This document shows, one piece after another, positions 61,640 through 64,000 of a stretch of DNA of 64,000 nt. The DNA lies in assembly GCF_036365525.1 (NCBI RefSeq), contig NW_027140221.1, positions 5,146,001 to 5,210,000 of the forward strand, given 5' to 3'. The translations under genes were made by a program, and so were the position numbers. The stretch is from Heterodontus francisci. Lineage: Eukaryota. Under the pieces are notes generated by a model. That model had not been told where the DNA came from. It searched no databases and worked only from the letters and a program-made list of their open reading frames with translations. Positions within the stretch are counted from its first letter, which is position 1. Every line of letters starts with the position of its first letter.

Positions 61640-63948
61640 GCAATGGGCCCGAATCCACATTGGATTTGGTACTGGGTCATGAACCCGGCCAGGTGTTCGA
61701 TTTAGATGTAGGTGAGCACTTTGGCGATAGTGATCACAATTCGGTTAGGTTTACCTTAGCGATGGGCAGGGACAGGTATATACCGCAGGGCAAGAATTAT
61801 AGCTGGGGGAAAGGAAATTATGACGCGATTAGGCAAGATTTAGGATGTGCAGGATGGGGAAGGAAACTGCAGGGGATGGGCACAAACGAAATGTGGAGCG
61901 TATTCAAGGAGCAGCTAATGCGTGTCCTTGATAAGTATGTACCTGTCAGGCAGGGAGGAAGTTGTCGAGCGAGGGAGCCGTGGTTTACTCAAGAAGTTGA
62001 AGCGCTTGTCAAGAGGAAGAGGGCGGCTTATGTTAGGATGAGACGTGAAGGCTCACTTCGGGCGCTTGAGAGTTACAAGCTAGCCAGGAAGGATCTAAAG
62101 GGAGGGCTAAGAAGAGCAAGGAGAGGACACGAGAAGTCATTGGCGGATAGGATCAAAGAAAACCCTAAGGCTTTCCATAGGTATATCCGGAATGAAAGAA
62201 TGATAAGAGTTAGAACAGGGCCAATCAAGGATAGTAGTGGGAAGTTGTGTGCGGAATCAGAGGAGATAGGGGAAGCGTTAAATGAATATTTTTCGTCAGT
62301 ATTTACAGTAGAGAAAGAAAATGTTGCCGAGGAGATTACTGAGATACAGCCTACTAGGCTAGATGGGATTGAGATTCACAAGGAGTAGGTGTTATCAATT
62401 TTGGAAAGAGTGAAAATAGATAAGTCTCCTGGGCCAGATGGGATTTATCCCAGGATTCTCTGGGAAGCCAGGGAGGAGATTGCAGAGCCGTTGTTGTTGA
62501 TCTTTATGTCGTCATTGTCGACAGGAGTAGTGCCGGAGGACTGGAGGACAGCAAATGTTGTCCCCTTGTTCAAGAAGGGGAGTAGAGACAGCCCTGGTAA
62601 TTATGGACCTGTGAGCCTTACTTCGGTTGTGGGTAAAATGTTGGAAAGGGTTATAAGAGATAGGATTTATAATCATCTTGAAAAGAATAAGTTCATTTGC
62701 GATAGTCAGCACGGTTTTGTGAAAGGTAGGTCGTGCCTCACAAACCTTATTGAGTTTTTCGAGCAGGTGACCAAACAGGTGGATGAGGGTAAAGCCGTGG
62801 ATGTGGTGCATATGGATTTCAGTAAGGCGTTTGATAAGGTTCCCCACGGTAGGCTATTGCAGAAAATACGGAAGGATGGGGTTGAAGGTGATTTAGAGCT
62901 TTGGATCAGAAATTGGCTAGCTGAAAGAAGACAGAGGGTGGTGGTTGATGGCAAATGTTCATCCTGGAGTTTAGTTACTAGTGGTGTACCGCAAGGTTCT
63001 GTTTTGGGGCCACTGCTGTTTGTCATTTTTATAAATGACCGGGATGAGGGTGTAGAAGGGTGGGTTAGTAAATTTGCGGATGACACGAAGGTCGGTGGAG
63101 TTGTGGATAGTGTCGAAGGGTGTTGTAGGGTACGGAGGGACATAGATAGGCTGCAGAGCTGGGCTGTGAGATGGCAAATGGAGTTTAATGCGGAGAAGTG
63201 TGAGGTGATTCACTTTGGAAGGAGTAACAGCAATGCAGAGTACTGGGCTAATGGGAAGATTCTTGGTAGTGTCGATGAGCAGAGAGATCTTGGTGTCCAG
63301 GTACATAAATCCCTGAAAGTTGCTACCCAGGTTAATAGGGCTGTTAAGAAGGCATATGGTGTGTTAGCTTTTATTAGCAGGGGGATCGGGTTTCGGAGCC
63401 ACGAGGTCATGATGCAGCTGTACAAAACTCTGGTGAGGCCGCACCTTGAGTATTGCGTGCAGTTCTGGTCACCGCATTATAGGAAGGATGTGGAAGCTTT
63501 GGAAAGGGTGCAGAGGAGATTTACTAGGATGTTGCCTGGTATGGAGGTAAGGTCTTACGAGGAAAGGCTGAAGGACTTGAGGTTGTTTTCGTTGGAGAGA
63601 AGGAGGAGGAGAGGTGACTTAATAGAGACGTATAGGATAATCAGATGGTTAGATAGGGTGGATAGTGAGTCTTTTTCCTCGGATGATGATGGCAAACACG
63701 AGGGGACATAGCTTTAAGTTGAGGGGAAAAGATATAGGACAGATGTCAGAGGTAGTTTCTTTACGCAGAGAGTAGTAGGGGCGTGGAACGCCCTGCCTGC
63801 AACAGTAGTAGACTCGCCAACTTTACGGGCATTTAAGTGGTCATTGGATAGTCATATGGATGAAAATGGAATAGTGTAGGTCAGATGGTCGGCGCATCAT
63901 CGAGGGCCGAAGGGCCTGTACTGCGCTGTAATGTTCTAATGTTCTAAT
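61640..63948 (+). mobile_element. Young 5'-truncated CR1 LINE (ORF2 from late endonuclease to 3' tail)
   Basis: ORFs 61660-62388 and 62389-63711 are in one frame separated by a single TAG. KSPGPDG, GVPQGSVLGP, KFADDTK. Frameshift near 63670 and tail GTTCTAATGTTCTAAT. Confidence 0.97.
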
Positions 63949-64000
63949 CCGATAACCCTCTTAGCCTGATTATTAGTATCAATCTTGTAGCGCAAAATGT

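Noticed and set aside
61660-63711. Long RT ORFs as an active LINE or host gene
   Set aside because: 5'-truncated, with an in-frame TAG at 62386-62388 and a 3' frameshift. An ordinary dead CR1 copy.
1-64000. CRISPR arrays, rRNA genes, functional tRNAs or prokaryotic operons
   Set aside because: None seen. The sequence is vertebrate repeat-rich DNA and both tRNA-like sequences have broken stems.

Overview
Repeat-dominated vertebrate genomic DNA, most consistent with a shark or other cartilaginous fish, judged from the repeat families and the GPR139-like receptor. No intact protein-coding gene is present. The window is mostly nested retroelements: many CR1 (HER1-like) LINEs of different ages, a second CR1-group LINE family (here called family B), L2, Penelope-like elements and SINEs. 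It also holds a complete but dead GalEa-type Ty1/copia element with both LTRs, a tRNA-iMet PBS and a PPT, plus a paired-LTR element whose interior is almost entirely a Penelope fragment. Other features are a decayed Harbinger (Myb-like gene plus transposase), degenerate telomere-like tracts, two tRNA pseudogenes, a GPR139-like GPCR pseudogene exon and a 130-N gap. The most unusual signal is in the short non-repetitive interstices. Many read, all on the + strand, like heavily decayed antigen-receptor (TCR V-like) segments, and two end in a perfect CACAGTG heptamer with a nonamer-like motif. This suggests a decayed V-segment array. That call is by eye, needs frameshifts, and must be tested computationally. 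All repeat boundaries are approximate.
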